Of a DNA stretch of 48,960 nt, positions 33,624 to 46,000 are shown in pieces; the first letter of the stretch is position 1, and the number at the start of each line of letters is the position of its first letter. The stretch spans positions 1 to 48,960 of the forward strand of contig JAUCBJ010009061.1 in NCBI GenBank assembly GCA_032718475.1. The letters run 5' to 3'. Position numbers and translations under genes: made by a program. The notes below the pieces were generated by a model. That model saw nothing but the letters and a program-made list of their open reading frames with translations, was not told the DNA's origin and did not search any database. Source of the DNA: Nemertoderma westbladi. Lineage: Eukaryota > Animalia > Xenacoelomorpha.

Positions 33624-34470
33624 ATTAAATAAAGAGGATTTAGTATTCAAAAATGTCATTATCGAAGGAATCATCTTTGCAGAAATCATCTAGGAACAAT
33701 TATGATAAATATATAAATTAAAGTGAATATACTAAAAGAACTAACCTCTCTTTTGTGGTAGGTGTCAAATCATTTGTTTTGAGTCATATCTGAGTCATCT
33801 TCAATTGCATCTGTAGTGGTAGTCATGGTAACCTGTGAAGAAGTGTTGTCTGAAATGCCATTAGATGTCACTTGCCATTTTAAAGTGATTTGTAGTCACA
33901 TCTTGATTGTTTTTTTTTTGGCATAAATATTTGTTATAAAGTCATTCTCTTGAAACAGAGTGGAATGAGATTAAATTGATGAAAAATAAAAATATTTCAA
34001 ACATGGGTATATCTTTGGAACCATATATCACCGTTATAACAAAACAGGTTTAGCTCTCAGTATACCAAAATTTTCCAAAACTAATATTCAATAAAATGTG
34101 GCAATTTATTTTTAAAATAATGGTATTGTTCTAGAATGGTAGCTATTTTTATAAAACTTGTCAGTTTTCATTAAGCAGCGTTCCCATGGTAACAATAATT
34201 ATATTCCAGAATTTTATGTCACATTTAGAATTGTTAGACCAGTAGCTATCATTTTCAAAAGATGCGATAAATTTATATTGAGTTATTAGAATACTACAGC
34301 ATGTTTGTTGTTTTACCATTTCCATGACAACCGGTGATAACAACAAGTCAGCTACCGATTCAGATTTGTTATCATATCAAAATGAATGGCCAGAAGCTAG
34401 GTCTTCCCAAAAATATAAGTTCCGGGTGGTTACCAAAAAGTATCCCCTATGCTGGCTGGCCCATGGACTA
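33624..34470 (-). repeat. Right long terminal inverted repeat (~845 bp)
   Basis: Reverse complement of 13378-14221. Confidence 0.92.
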
Positions 34471-34561
34471 TAGGTGTATATTCCAGCATATGGTGTATGT
34501 CCAGTCCAGTCAATGCCACTGATCACCCAAAACTCCATGGGGACCCAAAACTCAGTAATAC

Positions 34562-34597
34562 CAAGACCAACGTAATACATGTATTACGATGGCCTTG
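34562..34597. mobile_element. 36-bp palindrome, probable P-superfamily transposon excision footprint
   Basis: caagaccaacgtaataca|tgtattacgatggccttg (16 of 18 positions pair), flanked by gtaatac and gtaatgc (7-bp TSD with one mismatch). Confidence 0.55.
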
Positions 34598-34690
34598 GTA
34601 ATGCCCGCTATCTATTTATATTTTTATTATCAAAAATACGGAACATTATTTTAACTCCTTCCATAGAAGATAGAAAAGTGTAGGTACATA

Positions 34691-34744
34691 GAGATACGGA
34701 GACGGAGACACGGAGACGGAGACACGGAGACGGAGACACGGAGA
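34691..34744. repeat. Short GA-rich tandem repeat (gagacg / gagacacg units)
   Basis: gagatacggagacggagacacggagacggagacacggagacggagacacggaga. Confidence 0.8.
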
Positions 34745-35103
34745 GGTACTGTATGAATTTTGATTGCCGTCAAGCAACCGAGGATGCGATCGATGCAATG
34801 GATGAGGCCTTGTGTACAGATTCCTCCAGAATATAAGCACATACCACAGGAAGCACAGGACATTCACCAAAAGACATTGAATATTGACATTCTGTATGGT
34901 TACATATGCATATTTCACCCATGATGTAATCATCTATGAGACAATGTTCAGATTAGGTACAACATGCCGACGTTACCAGTAAAATACCCCATTTAGCCAA
35001 TTTGAAATCTTCAAATAATGTAATAATTTAAACCACTAGCTGAACGAAATTAAATATGACGTTTGACGTTTTTGATAACTAAAATTATTTACAACAACAG
35101 TAA

Positions 35104-36028
35104 GCTTAACAGCCTTAAGCAATGCTTAACAGCATTAAGCAATGCTTAACAGCATTAAGCAATGCTTAACAGCCTTAACCCTATTAGTACCGGGCTATAA
35201 AATGTTGTACAAATACCGGGGAGGGGTCATATTGACCCCCCCCTCTAAAATCTACAAATATTTACGAAAACGTCTGATTTTTTGTTTGTACGTAGGTATC
35301 ACTTGTCTGGATCCGACCGAAAAAAAAAATTTTCGAAAAAATGTACTGCGGTGGTTATATTGCAGCACCAAAATTACAAGTAGTGCACAATTTTCACCAA
35401 ATTTGAAAGTTACATTTTCGGCTAATTATTTTTCAATACAGGTTTTCTGGGGTGCAAAATACATTGGAAAATATTAAAAAATGATATGATTACTATAAAT
35501 GGCTGTTTAGTCCTCTCTGCGTAGGAAAAAAATGAAAAAAACAAGTAACCAGCACTTTTCAGTTAGAACACAAAATTTGTAATTCACTTATACGATGCTA
35601 TAAATTCACATTTTCAGGTTTTCGAGGGCGCTGATTCTAATGGAATACATTTCTAATATGCCAGATCATTGCTACTTGTATTTTTCGGCGTAATTTGGCA
35701 AATTTTGGTGCTAGCACCAAATTTCGTACCCATCACCAAAAAGTACAAGTTTGCGATGTTCAGTGCTGTTTCAAAATTATAATAAAAAAACCACGGGGGG
35801 GTCATATTGACCCCCCCCCCCCCCCCCCGGGTTTAATAGGGTTAAGCAATGCTTAACAGCATTAAGCAATGCTTAACAGCATTAAGCAATGCTTAACAGC
35901 ATTAAGCAATGCTTAACAGCATTAAGCAATGCTTAACAGCATTAAGCAATGCTTAACAGCATTAAGCAATGCTTAACAGCATTAAGCAATGCTTAACAGC
36001 ATTAAGCAATGCTTAACAGCATTAAGCA
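35104..36028. repeat. 20-bp palindromic minisatellite (ttaagcaatgcttaacagca)n, split by a MITE
   Basis: About 3.5 units at 35104-35178 and about 9 units at 35842-36028. Confidence 0.92.
35179..35841. mobile_element. piggyBac-like MITE (663 bp), TTAA TSD
   Basis: TTAA|ccctattagtaccggg ... ccgggtttaataggg|TTAA, with a subterminal ggggtcatattgacccc palindrome near both ends. Confidence 0.85.
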
Positions 36029-36366
36029 CTTCGCAATTATTCTATTAATTGATAATTTAACTTTGAGACGAAATATTTTTCGCCGATATGGGATTTGCTG
36101 AAAATCCGTGTTTCACGAGAACCTTTAGGTTACGTCCTGTAGCAAAGGGGCGAGAGTGATAAGTTGATGTTATCTATATTAACGAAAATAGGTAACACAG
36201 GAGGGTAAAAATAATTCACTGCAAATAATGATATAATTATATATACATACAGTATAGTATTTGTTAACATGTTATATGTGTAGGCCTACATTATTTATGA
36301 AGAATGACGACATGTCCATTATATTAAAATATCGATTTACATTAGATTAACTAGAAACAACCGGTA

Positions 36367-37155
36367 CTATGCTGTAATGCCCAGCCTTTGTAGCAACATA
36401 GACCTCGCTGTAGTCAATATCTTAAAGGCCTCCTCGCTCCCCGGCGCTTCGTTCTTATCTGGGTGGATGAGCACTGCGAGTCTCTTGTAAGCCCTATTAA
36501 TCTCGTCACGTGACGCCCCCGGCATTAATCCAAGTCTCTCGTAATTATCCTTACTGTTCCGAAGTCTCTGTATGACGTCCGCTTGTTCCCGGGTGTACCC
36601 CAAGGTGGCGCTAACTGTGGGCACTACCCCGCCGTTCTCGAAGGCGAACAACATGTTCGCGAACACCATCTGGAACATGTCGTGAATTCCCTCCCCGGTA
36701 AGAGCGGAGGTTTCGTAGTAATGGAAGCCCCGGGACTCCGCCCACAGTCTGGCCTCGGTCTCCCCAACACTCCGCCGTTTGTCAATCTTATTGCCACAGA
36801 GAACGAATATAACCCCGGGGGCCTCCCGTCCCAACTCGGAGTTCAGTTCGTTCCTCCAGGATTCCAAACCCTCGAAACTTTCTCGATTACTAACGTCGTA
36901 CACTAGCAGCGCCCCCTGGGTGTCCCGGTAGAATTCGTTTCTCACCTCGTAGAATAGTGGATGACCCGCCATGTCGAATATGTTGATTTTGAGTTCTCGA
37001 TCGTTTATAGTTACCTTGGTAACACCGTAATCTATTCCGATTGTGGCGAGGTATTTCGCAACGAATCTTTTCTCGCAGAAGCGTTTTATTATACAACTTT
37101 TACCAACTTCCGCGTTTCCCATAGATATTAGTTTTAAGCGAATTGGTTTCTTCAT
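36367..37155 (-). CDS. DNAJC27: DnaJ homolog subfamily C member 27 (RBJ; RJL-family small GTPase plus C-terminal J domain), 262 aa, intronless
   Basis: ISMGNAEVGKSCIIKRFCEKRFVAKYLATIGIDYGVTK, FDMAGHP, NKID, ETSA. J domain with YKRLAVLIHPDKN. ATG at 37155; the upstream ORF extension is AT-rich and looks non-coding. Confidence 0.95.
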   Translation of the reverse strand: MKKPIRLKLISMGNAEVGKSCIIKRFCEKRFVAKYLATIGIDYGVTKVTINDRELKINIFDMAGHPLFYEVRNEFYRDTQGALLVYDVSNRESFEGLESWRNELNSELGREAPGVIFVLCGNKIDKRRSVGETEARLWAESRGFHYYETSALTGEGIHDMFQMVFANMLFAFENGGVVPTVSATLGYTREQADVIQRLRNSKDNYERLGLMPGASRDEINRAYKRLAVLIHPDKNEAPGSEEAFKILTTARSMLLQRLGITA

Positions 37156-40023
37156 GTTATAAACATAATAAATAACAATGATCTTAATAAAAAGAATAAA
37201 TTTATAATTTATATTGTACAATACACCGTATTTATGTTGAATGTATAACAAATAGCCAAATACATTATTTGTTATAATTAATAACTGAACTCAATTGATT
37301 TAAGACTACTGTACATAGAAGAATTCCAGTGTAATTTTCAATAGATAAATAAACTATTTAATTGTCACATTCAGACATCTGCTGAATAAATCTATATGTT
37401 ATCGTTACAATATAAAAAATGCAATTAGACTAAATTAATTAATTAATACTTTACCAATTTAATAATATTATTTACGATATTGGAAAATTAGGCCCAAATC
37501 CTTTTTAAGGTTTGTTTAATGTTAATCCGACATGGGGTATATTTTGTCTAATACTTAATAAGAGCTAACTACAATAACTATAAAATGCTAACGCAATATG
37601 GTACAATTGGTCGATAGGATCTGAAAGTGAATAAGTTATTGTACCCCCTACTATAGAATATATACAGTATGTATGGTACTACTAGTACAGTGTACACAGT
37701 AGCATATAACGGTATATAAATGGCTATATTTTTTGGTGGAATTTTTACTTTGTTCGTAATTAATTAAAGTTAAACAGAATTCAACGACCTTTGATTTATT
37801 AATCAAATTTTGCAACTAAATCATAATATAGCCTACATTAATTGAGGCTGCATTTTTACTATAAATGAATGAATTAATTATAGTACCGAAATATGAATTC
37901 CTTTTACATTTAGGCCTAAAGATTTTATATTTATTTTGCAAAGCTAATAATCTTCACTGTCGGTCACATTTTTAAATTATTGAAAAGCTACTATTCATCT
38001 GATCTCTCTCCTCATTGGCGGGTACCTATGTTACTGCACCGTAGTTTGTAAGCGTTGCTAGGCAGCGTATCTACAGTGTCACTGCATTTTGGCTTGTAAT
38101 TACAACTAATGGATGTGTGCGTGCATTAGCCAAGGCTTACCTACTACGGGTGAGTTATTAATGTAGCAGGTATCATAAAAATATGGTGAGGCATTCTTAA
38201 TAAAAGTAAAATACACAATACTCGGAAATGTGGCATCCAATAAGATACAGTAATGTATTCGAAGCTCTAAAATATGTAATGTGCTGATTTATCCTATTTC
38301 TATTTTCGAATGCAAGTCAAACAGACAACCCAATGCGTGGTCCTACTGTATATATTGTTTCTGTGTTCAGAATCCCCGATTGGCCCACATCCCAGTTGTC
38401 CTATAATAATTTCCACAGAGTCAAAGATATTCCACAGATTATATTAACAATTTTAAGACCTGTCAAAGGTTCCACAAAATGTGTCAAAGGTTTTCACAGT
38501 AATTATCTGCTTCAATTTACTATGGGCAGAACGAGAACCTGATTTAATGATGCACGGTAATATAGCACTACACTATAGCACAACATGTCCAGTATTAGTT
38601 AGTACTGTATAATATGGGATCATGGGCCTAAATTCATAGATCACTGCAGAGATCTATCAACCTCCTCAGTTCCAAACGTGTAGTTTATGTAGGAGAATTG
38701 TATCCGATCTGGAATTCTGAGGTTCACTGGGGAGTAATCGACTCTCATATCGGGACACTGTGACTCATTACACTTGTAACTCCTGTGACATGGCAATGTA
38801 CAGAGGTAGCAATTGTCAATATTTCGCAGACCTTTCACTTTAAAAAAATTGCATCTTTTAGTGTAATTCCGTAACGTAATGTTTGCGATATTAAAAATAA
38901 TAAATCCGAGGAAAATGGAATAAAACTAACGAAACCAATATGTTCTCTGATAATTTGTCTTACTATGCTCCACAAATTAAAGTTCATTTAAGTCATTTTC
39001 GAAACACCAGGTAACACTTTAACTGGGAAAAGTCGTGCGAAATGTAATTCCGTAACGATTTAATTCATGTCAACAAATGCTATAGATAACACAAACACAA
39101 CGTATGTTTCGACTGTTTGGCCACAAGGCCTTAATTGCTGACATGACTTTTATTGGGTAGCAATCCCCTTTTGGAGGGTAATTATTACGTTGAATATTGT
39201 AGTAATTATATTAATGGGTATTAGGGTGGGATATTGGTTTTTCTGGGATGGTGAAGTACATAGGGATTAATCCCGTAATAAGGTTGCGGTCTATGTATAA
39301 AGTAAACAATATTTTCGCGGTACCGTTAAATATGGCCGGTGGGTATTTTGGCAGTATTTTGAATAATTTATTTGTTGTGAAAGAAATTATTTAACAAACT
39401 GCGTTAACATCTCGTTACAATTCTCATCGGTACACGCTTTTCTGTTTATTAGAACCAGTAAACTTTCCCAGGACCCATGTTTCAAAATATACCTGGAAAG
39501 TTTATGGATAAAATTGTTTTAAATTCAACTAGAGAACAGAAGGACATTTTAACTGGAAACTAAAGCTGGGGTGACCGATCAACCGCGTGTACTGTACACT
39601 ACAGTGTAGGTAGTATTAATTATTAATTAATTTATTTTATTCGCTCTATAAATAGTTCCAATTTATCATTCTGTGTAATGTGTATCCCTATGATCCACTC
39701 CAATCAATTTAATTAAATCAATAAATTTTTATGTATTCCGTTCATTCAAAGAACTAAATAAAATCGTATGGTACATGTAAACTACACATAAACTCATAAA
39801 CAAATAAACACAAACTATACAGTATCGCCAATCTAAAAAAATATGAGGACCTAATAATATTTAACAGATACATGTTAGAGCATGTCAAATCGAATTCGAT
39901 CTGTTGGTGACAGACACCCAATCTCTCATGGCACATAGAGTTTACAACAATGCTACGTCGGGTTCATAGTGCTGTATCGAGTACAATGAACACATCTCCA
40001 ACCAGAACCAGATATTATGTCTT

Positions 40024-43000
40024 TACCTGTACGTACACAGTACTGGATGTGTTTCATTAGTGCGACCTGTACGTACACAGCACTGGAGGTGTCTCATTAG
40101 TGCGACCTGTACGTACACAGCACTGGAGGTGTCTCATTAGTGCGACCTGTACGTACACAGCACTGGAGGTGTCTCATTAGTGCGACCTGTACGTACGCAG
40201 CACTGGAAGTGTCTCAATACTGCGACCTGTACGTACACAGCACTGGATGTGTCTCATTAGTGCGACCTGTACGTACACAGTACTGGAGGTGTCTCATTAG
40301 TGCGACCTGTACGTACACAGTACTGGAGGTGTCTCATTAGTGCGACCTGTACGTACACAGCACTGGAGGTGTCTCATTAGTGCGACCTGTACGTACACAG
40401 CACTGGAGGTGTCTCATTAGTGCGACCTGTACGTACACAGCATTGCTGGAGGTGTCTCATTAGTGCGACCTGTACGTACACGGCACTGGAGGTGTCTCAT
40501 TAGTGCGACCTTTACGTACACAGCACTGGAGGTGTCTCATTAGTGCGACCTGTACGTACGCAGCACTGGAGGTGTCTCATTAGTGCGACCTGTACGTACA
40601 CAGCACTGGAGGTGTCTCATTAGTGCGACCTGTACGTACGCAGCACTGGAAGTGTCTCAATACTGCGACCTGTACGTACACAGCACTGGATGTGTCTCAT
40701 TAGTGCGACCTGTACGTACACAGCACTGGAGGTGTCTCATTAGTGCGACCTGTACGTACACAGCACTGGAGGTGTCTCATTAGTGCGACCTGTACGTACA
40801 CAGCACTGGAGGTGTCTCATTAGTGCGACCTGTACGTACACAGCATTGCTGGAGGTGTCTCATTAGTGCGACCTGTACGTACACAGTACTGGAGGTGTCT
40901 CATTAGTGCGACCTGTACGTACACAGCACTGGAGGTGTCTCATTAGTGCGACCTGTACGTACACAGCACTGGAGGTGTCTCATTAGTGCGACCTGTACGT
41001 ACACAGCACTGGAGGTGTCTCATTAGTGCGACCTGTACGTACACAGCACTGGAGGTGTCTCATTAGTGCGACCTGTACGTACACAGCACTGGAGGTGTCT
41101 CATTAGTGCGACCTGTACGTACACAGCACTGGAGGTGTCTCATTAGTGCGACCTGTACGTACACAGCACTGGAGGTGTCTCATTAGTGCGACCTGTACGT
41201 ACACAGCACTGGAGGTGTCTCATTAGTGCGACCTGTACGTACACAGCATTGCTGGAGGTGTCTCATTAGTGCGACCTGTACGTACACAGCACTGGATGTG
41301 TCTCATTAGTGCGACCTGTACGTACACAGCACTGGAGGTGTCTCATTAGTGCGACCTGTACGTACACAGCACTGGAGGTGTCTCATTAGTGCGACCTGTA
41401 CGTACACAGCACTGGAGGTGTCTCATTAGTGCGACCTGTACGTACACAGCATTGCTGGAGGTGTCTCATTAGTGCGACCTGTACGTACACAGCACTGGAG
41501 GTGTCTCATTAGTGCGACCTTTACGTACACAGCACTGGAGGTGTCTCATTAGTGCGACCTGTACGTACACAGCACTGGAAGTATCTCATTAGTGCGACCT
41601 GTACGTACACAGCACTGGGGGTGTCTCATTAGTGCGACCTGTACGTACACAGCACTGGAGGTGTCTCATTAGTGCGACCTGTACGTACACAGCACTGGAG
41701 GTGTCTCATTAGTGCGACCTGTACGTACACAGTACTGGAGGTGTCTCATTAGTGCGACCTGTACGTACTCAGCACTGGGGGTGTCTCATTAGTGCGACCT
41801 GTACGTACACAGCACTGGAGGTCTCTCATTAGTGTGGCCTGTACGTACACAGCACTGGAGGTGTCTCATTAGTGCGACCTGTACGTACACAGCACTGGAG
41901 ATGTCCCATTAGTGCGACCTGTACGTATACAGTACTGGAGGTATCTCATTAGTGCGACCTGTACGTACACAGTACTGGAGGTGTCTCATTAGTGCGACCT
42001 GTACGTACACAGCACTGGGGGTGTCTCATTAGTGCGACCTGTACTTACACAGCACTGGAGGTGTCTCATTAGTGCGACCTGTACGTACACAGTACTGGAG
42101 GTGTCTCATTAGTGCGACCTGTACGTACACAGTACTGGAGGTGTTTCATTTGGGTGACCTGTACGTACACAGCACTGGAAGTGTCTCATTAGTGCGACCT
42201 GTACGTACACAGTACTGGAGGTGTCTCATTAGTGCGACCTGTACGTACTCAGCACTGGTGGTGTCTCATTAGTGCGACCTGTACGTACACAGCACTGGAG
42301 GTCTCTCATTAGTGTGGCCTGTACGTACACAGCACTGGAGGTGTCTCATTAGTGCGACCTGTACGTACACAGCACTGGAAGTGTCTCATTAGTGCGACCT
42401 GTACGTACACAGTACTGGAGGTGTCTCATTAGTGCGACCTGTACGTACACAGCACTGGAGGTGTCTCATTAGTGCGACCTTTACGTACACAGCACTGGAG
42501 GTGTCTCATTAGTGCGACCTGTACGTACACAGCACTGGAAGTATCTCATTAGTGCGACCTGTACGTACACAGCACTGGAGGTGTCTCATTAGTGCGACCT
42601 GTACGTACACAGCACTGGAGGTGTCCCATTAGTGCGACCTGTACGTACACAGCACTGGAGGTGTCTCATTAGTGCGACCTGTACGTACACAGTACTGGAG
42701 GTGTCTCATTAGTGCGACCTGTACGTACACAGTACTGGAGGTGTCTCATTAGTGCGACCTGTACGTACACAGCACTGGGGGTGTCTCATTAGTGCGACCT
42801 GTACGTACACAGCACTGGAGGTGTCTCATTAGTGCGACCTGTACGTACACAGTACTGGAGGTGTCTCATTAGTGCGACCTGTACGTACACAGTACTGGAG
42901 GTGTCTCATTAGTGCGACCTGTACGTACTCAGCACTGGGGGTGTCTCATTAGTGCGACCTGTACGTACACAGCACTGCAGGTCTCTCATTAGTGTGGCCT

Positions 43001-46000
43001 GTACGTACACAGCACTGGAGGTGTCTCATTAGTGCGACCTGTACGTACACAGCACTGGAGGTGTCTCATTAGTGCGACCTGTACGTACACAGTACTGGAG
43101 GTGTCTCATTAGTGCGACCTGTACGTACACAGCACTGGAGGTGTCTCATTAGTGCGACCTGTACGTACACAGCACTGGAGGTGTCTCATTAGTGCGACCT
43201 GTACGTACACAGCACTGGAAGTATCTCATTAGTGCGACCTGTACGTACACAGTACTGGAGGTGTCTCATTAGTGCGACCTGTACGTACTCAGCACTGGGG
43301 GTGTCTCATTAGTGCGACCTGTACGTACACAGCACTGGAGGTCTCTCATTAGTGTGGCCTGTACGTACACAGCACTGGAGGTGTCTCATTAGTGCGACCT
43401 GTACGTATACAGTACTGGAGGTGTCTCATTAGTGCGACCTGTACGTACACAGTACTGGAGGTGTCTCATTAGTGCGACCTGTACTTACACAGCACTGGAG
43501 GTGTCTCATTAGTGCGACCTGTACGTACACAGTACTGGAGGTGTCTCATTAGTGCGACCTGGACGTACACAGCACTGGAGGTGTTTCATTAGTGCGACCT
43601 GTACTTACACAGCACTGGAGGTGTCTCATTAGTGCGACCTGTACGTACACAGCACTGGAGGTCTCTCATTAGTGTGGCCTGTACGTACACAGCACTGGAG
43701 GTGTCTCATTAGTGCGACCTGTACGTATACAGTACTGGAGGTGTCTCATTAGTGCGACCTGTACGTACACAGTACTGGAGGTGTCTCATTAGTGCGACCT
43801 GTACGTACACAGCACTGGAGGTGTCTCATTAGTGCGACCTGTACGTACACAGTACTGGAGGTGTCTCATTAGTGCGACCTGTACGTACACAGCACTGGAG
43901 GTGTCTCATTAGTGCGACCTGTACGTACACAGTACTGGAGGTGTCTCATTAGTGCGACCTGTACGTACACAGCACTGGAGGTGTCTCATTAGTGCGACCT
44001 GTACGTACACAGTACTGGAGGTGTCTCATTAGTGCGACCTGTACGTACACAGTACTGGAGGTGTCTCATTAGTGCAACCTGTACGTACACAGTACTGGAG
44101 GTGTTTCATTTGGGTGACCTGTACGTACACAGCACTGGAAGTGTCTCATTAGTGCGACCTGTACGTACACAGCACTGGAGGTGTTTCATTAGTGCGACCT
44201 GTACGTACACAGCACTGGAGGTGTTTCATTAGTGCGACCTGTATGTACACAGCACTGCTGGAGGTGTCTCATTAGTGCGACCTGTACGTACACAGCACTG
44301 GAGGTGTCCCATGAGTGCGACCTGTATGTATACAGTACTGGAGGTATCTCATTAGTGCGACCTGTACGTACACAGTACTGGAGGTGTCTCATTAGTGCGA
44401 CCTGTACGTACACAGCACTGGGGGTGTCTCATTAGTGCGACCTGTACGTACACAGCACTGGAGGTGTCTCATTAGTGCGACCTGTACGTACACAGTACTG
44501 GAGGTGTCTCATTAGTGCGACCTGTACGTACACAGTACTGGAGGTGTCTCATTAGTGCGACCTGTACGTACACAGCACTGGAGGTGTCTCATTAGTGCGA
44601 CCTGTACGTACACAGCACTGGAGGTCTCTCATTAGTGCGACCTGTACGTACACAGCACTGGAGGTGTCTCATTAGTGCGACCTGTACGTACACAGCACTG
44701 GAGGTGTCTCATTAGTGCGACCTGTACGTACACAGTACTGGAGGTGTCTCATTAGTGCGACCTGTACGTACACAGCACTGGAGGTGTCTCATTAGTGCGG
44801 CCTGTACGTACACAGCACTGGAGGTGTCTCATTAGTGCGACCTGTACGTACACAGCACTGGAGGTGTCTCATTAGTGCGACCTGTACGTACACAGCACTG
44901 GAGGTGTCTCATTAGTGCGACCTGTACGTACACAGCACTGGAGGTGTCTCATTAGTGCGACCTGTACGTACACAGTACTGGAGGTGTCTCATTAGTGCGA
45001 CCTGTACGTACACAGCACTGGAGGTGTCTCATTAGTGCGACCTGTACGTACACAGCACTGGAGGTGTCTCATTAGTGCGACCTGTACGTACACAGCACTG
45101 GAGGTGTCTCATTAGTGCGACCTGTACGTACACAGTACTGGAGGTGTTTCATTAGTGCGACCTGTACGTACACAGCAGCTGGAGGTGTCTCATTAGTGCG
45201 ACCTGTACGTACACAGCACTGGGGGTGTCTCATTAGTGCGACCTGTACGTACACAGTACTGGAGGTGTCTCATTAGTGCGACCTGTACGTACACAGTACT
45301 GGAGGTGTTTCATTTGGGTGACCTGTACGTACACAGCACTGGAAGTGTCTCATTAGTGCGACCTGTACGTACACAGCACTGGAGGTGTCTCATTAGTGCG
45401 ACCTGTACGTACACAGCACTGGAGGTGTCTCATTAGTGCGACCTGTACGTACACAGCACTGCTGGAGGTGTCTCATTAGTGCGACCTGTACGTACACAGC
45501 ACTGGAGGTGTCTCATTAGTGCGACCTGTACGTACACAGCACTGGAGGTGTCTCATTAGTGCGACCTGTACGTACACAGTACTGGAGGTGTCTCATTAGT
45601 GCGACCTGTACGTACACAGCACTGGAGGTGTCTCATTAGTGCGACCTGTACGTACACAGCACTGGAGGTGTCTCATTAGTGCGACCTGTACGTACACAGC
45701 ACTGGAGGTGTCTCATTAGTGCGACCTGTACGTACACAGCACTGGAGGTGTCTCATTAGTGCGACCTGTACGTACACAGCACTGGAGGTGTCTCATTAGT
45801 GCGACCTGTACGTACACAGCACTGGAGGTGTCTCATTAGTGCGACCTGTACGTACACAGCACTGGAGGTGTCTCATTAGTGCGACCTGTACGTACACAGC
45901 ACTGGAGGTGTCTCATTAGTGCGACCTGTACGTACACAGCACTGGAGGTGTCTCATTAGTGCGACCTGTACGTACACAGCACTGGAGGTGTCTCATTAGT

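Larger units (their letters stand above)
13378..34470. mobile_element. Large non-autonomous Academ-like DNA transposon derivative that hosts the Penelope, BEL, RTE and MULE insertions
   Basis: Termini TAGTCCATGG...CCATGGACTA, with direct TAG at 13375-13377 and 34471-34473. Long inverted repeats. Internal remnants of an XPG-like and Cys-rich transposase C-terminus (DVNELRCRLFCSKQGEIESTLLPPCKYCL; PSPIGLGWLLDEEDMIISDWMHVIPAP). Confidence 0.65.

Noticed and set aside
37156-37251. 32-aa N-terminal extension of DNAJC27
   Set aside because: Non-ATG start and very AT-rich; homology begins at MKKPIRLK.
40076-40120. RAG RSS-like heptamer (cacagca / cacagta) in the satellite unit
   Set aside because: Not the CACAGTG consensus, and no A-rich nonamer at 12- or 23-bp spacing.
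40140-45436. Short repeated ORFs (MRPVRTQHWRCLIS...)
   Set aside because: By-products of translating a 40-bp satellite.
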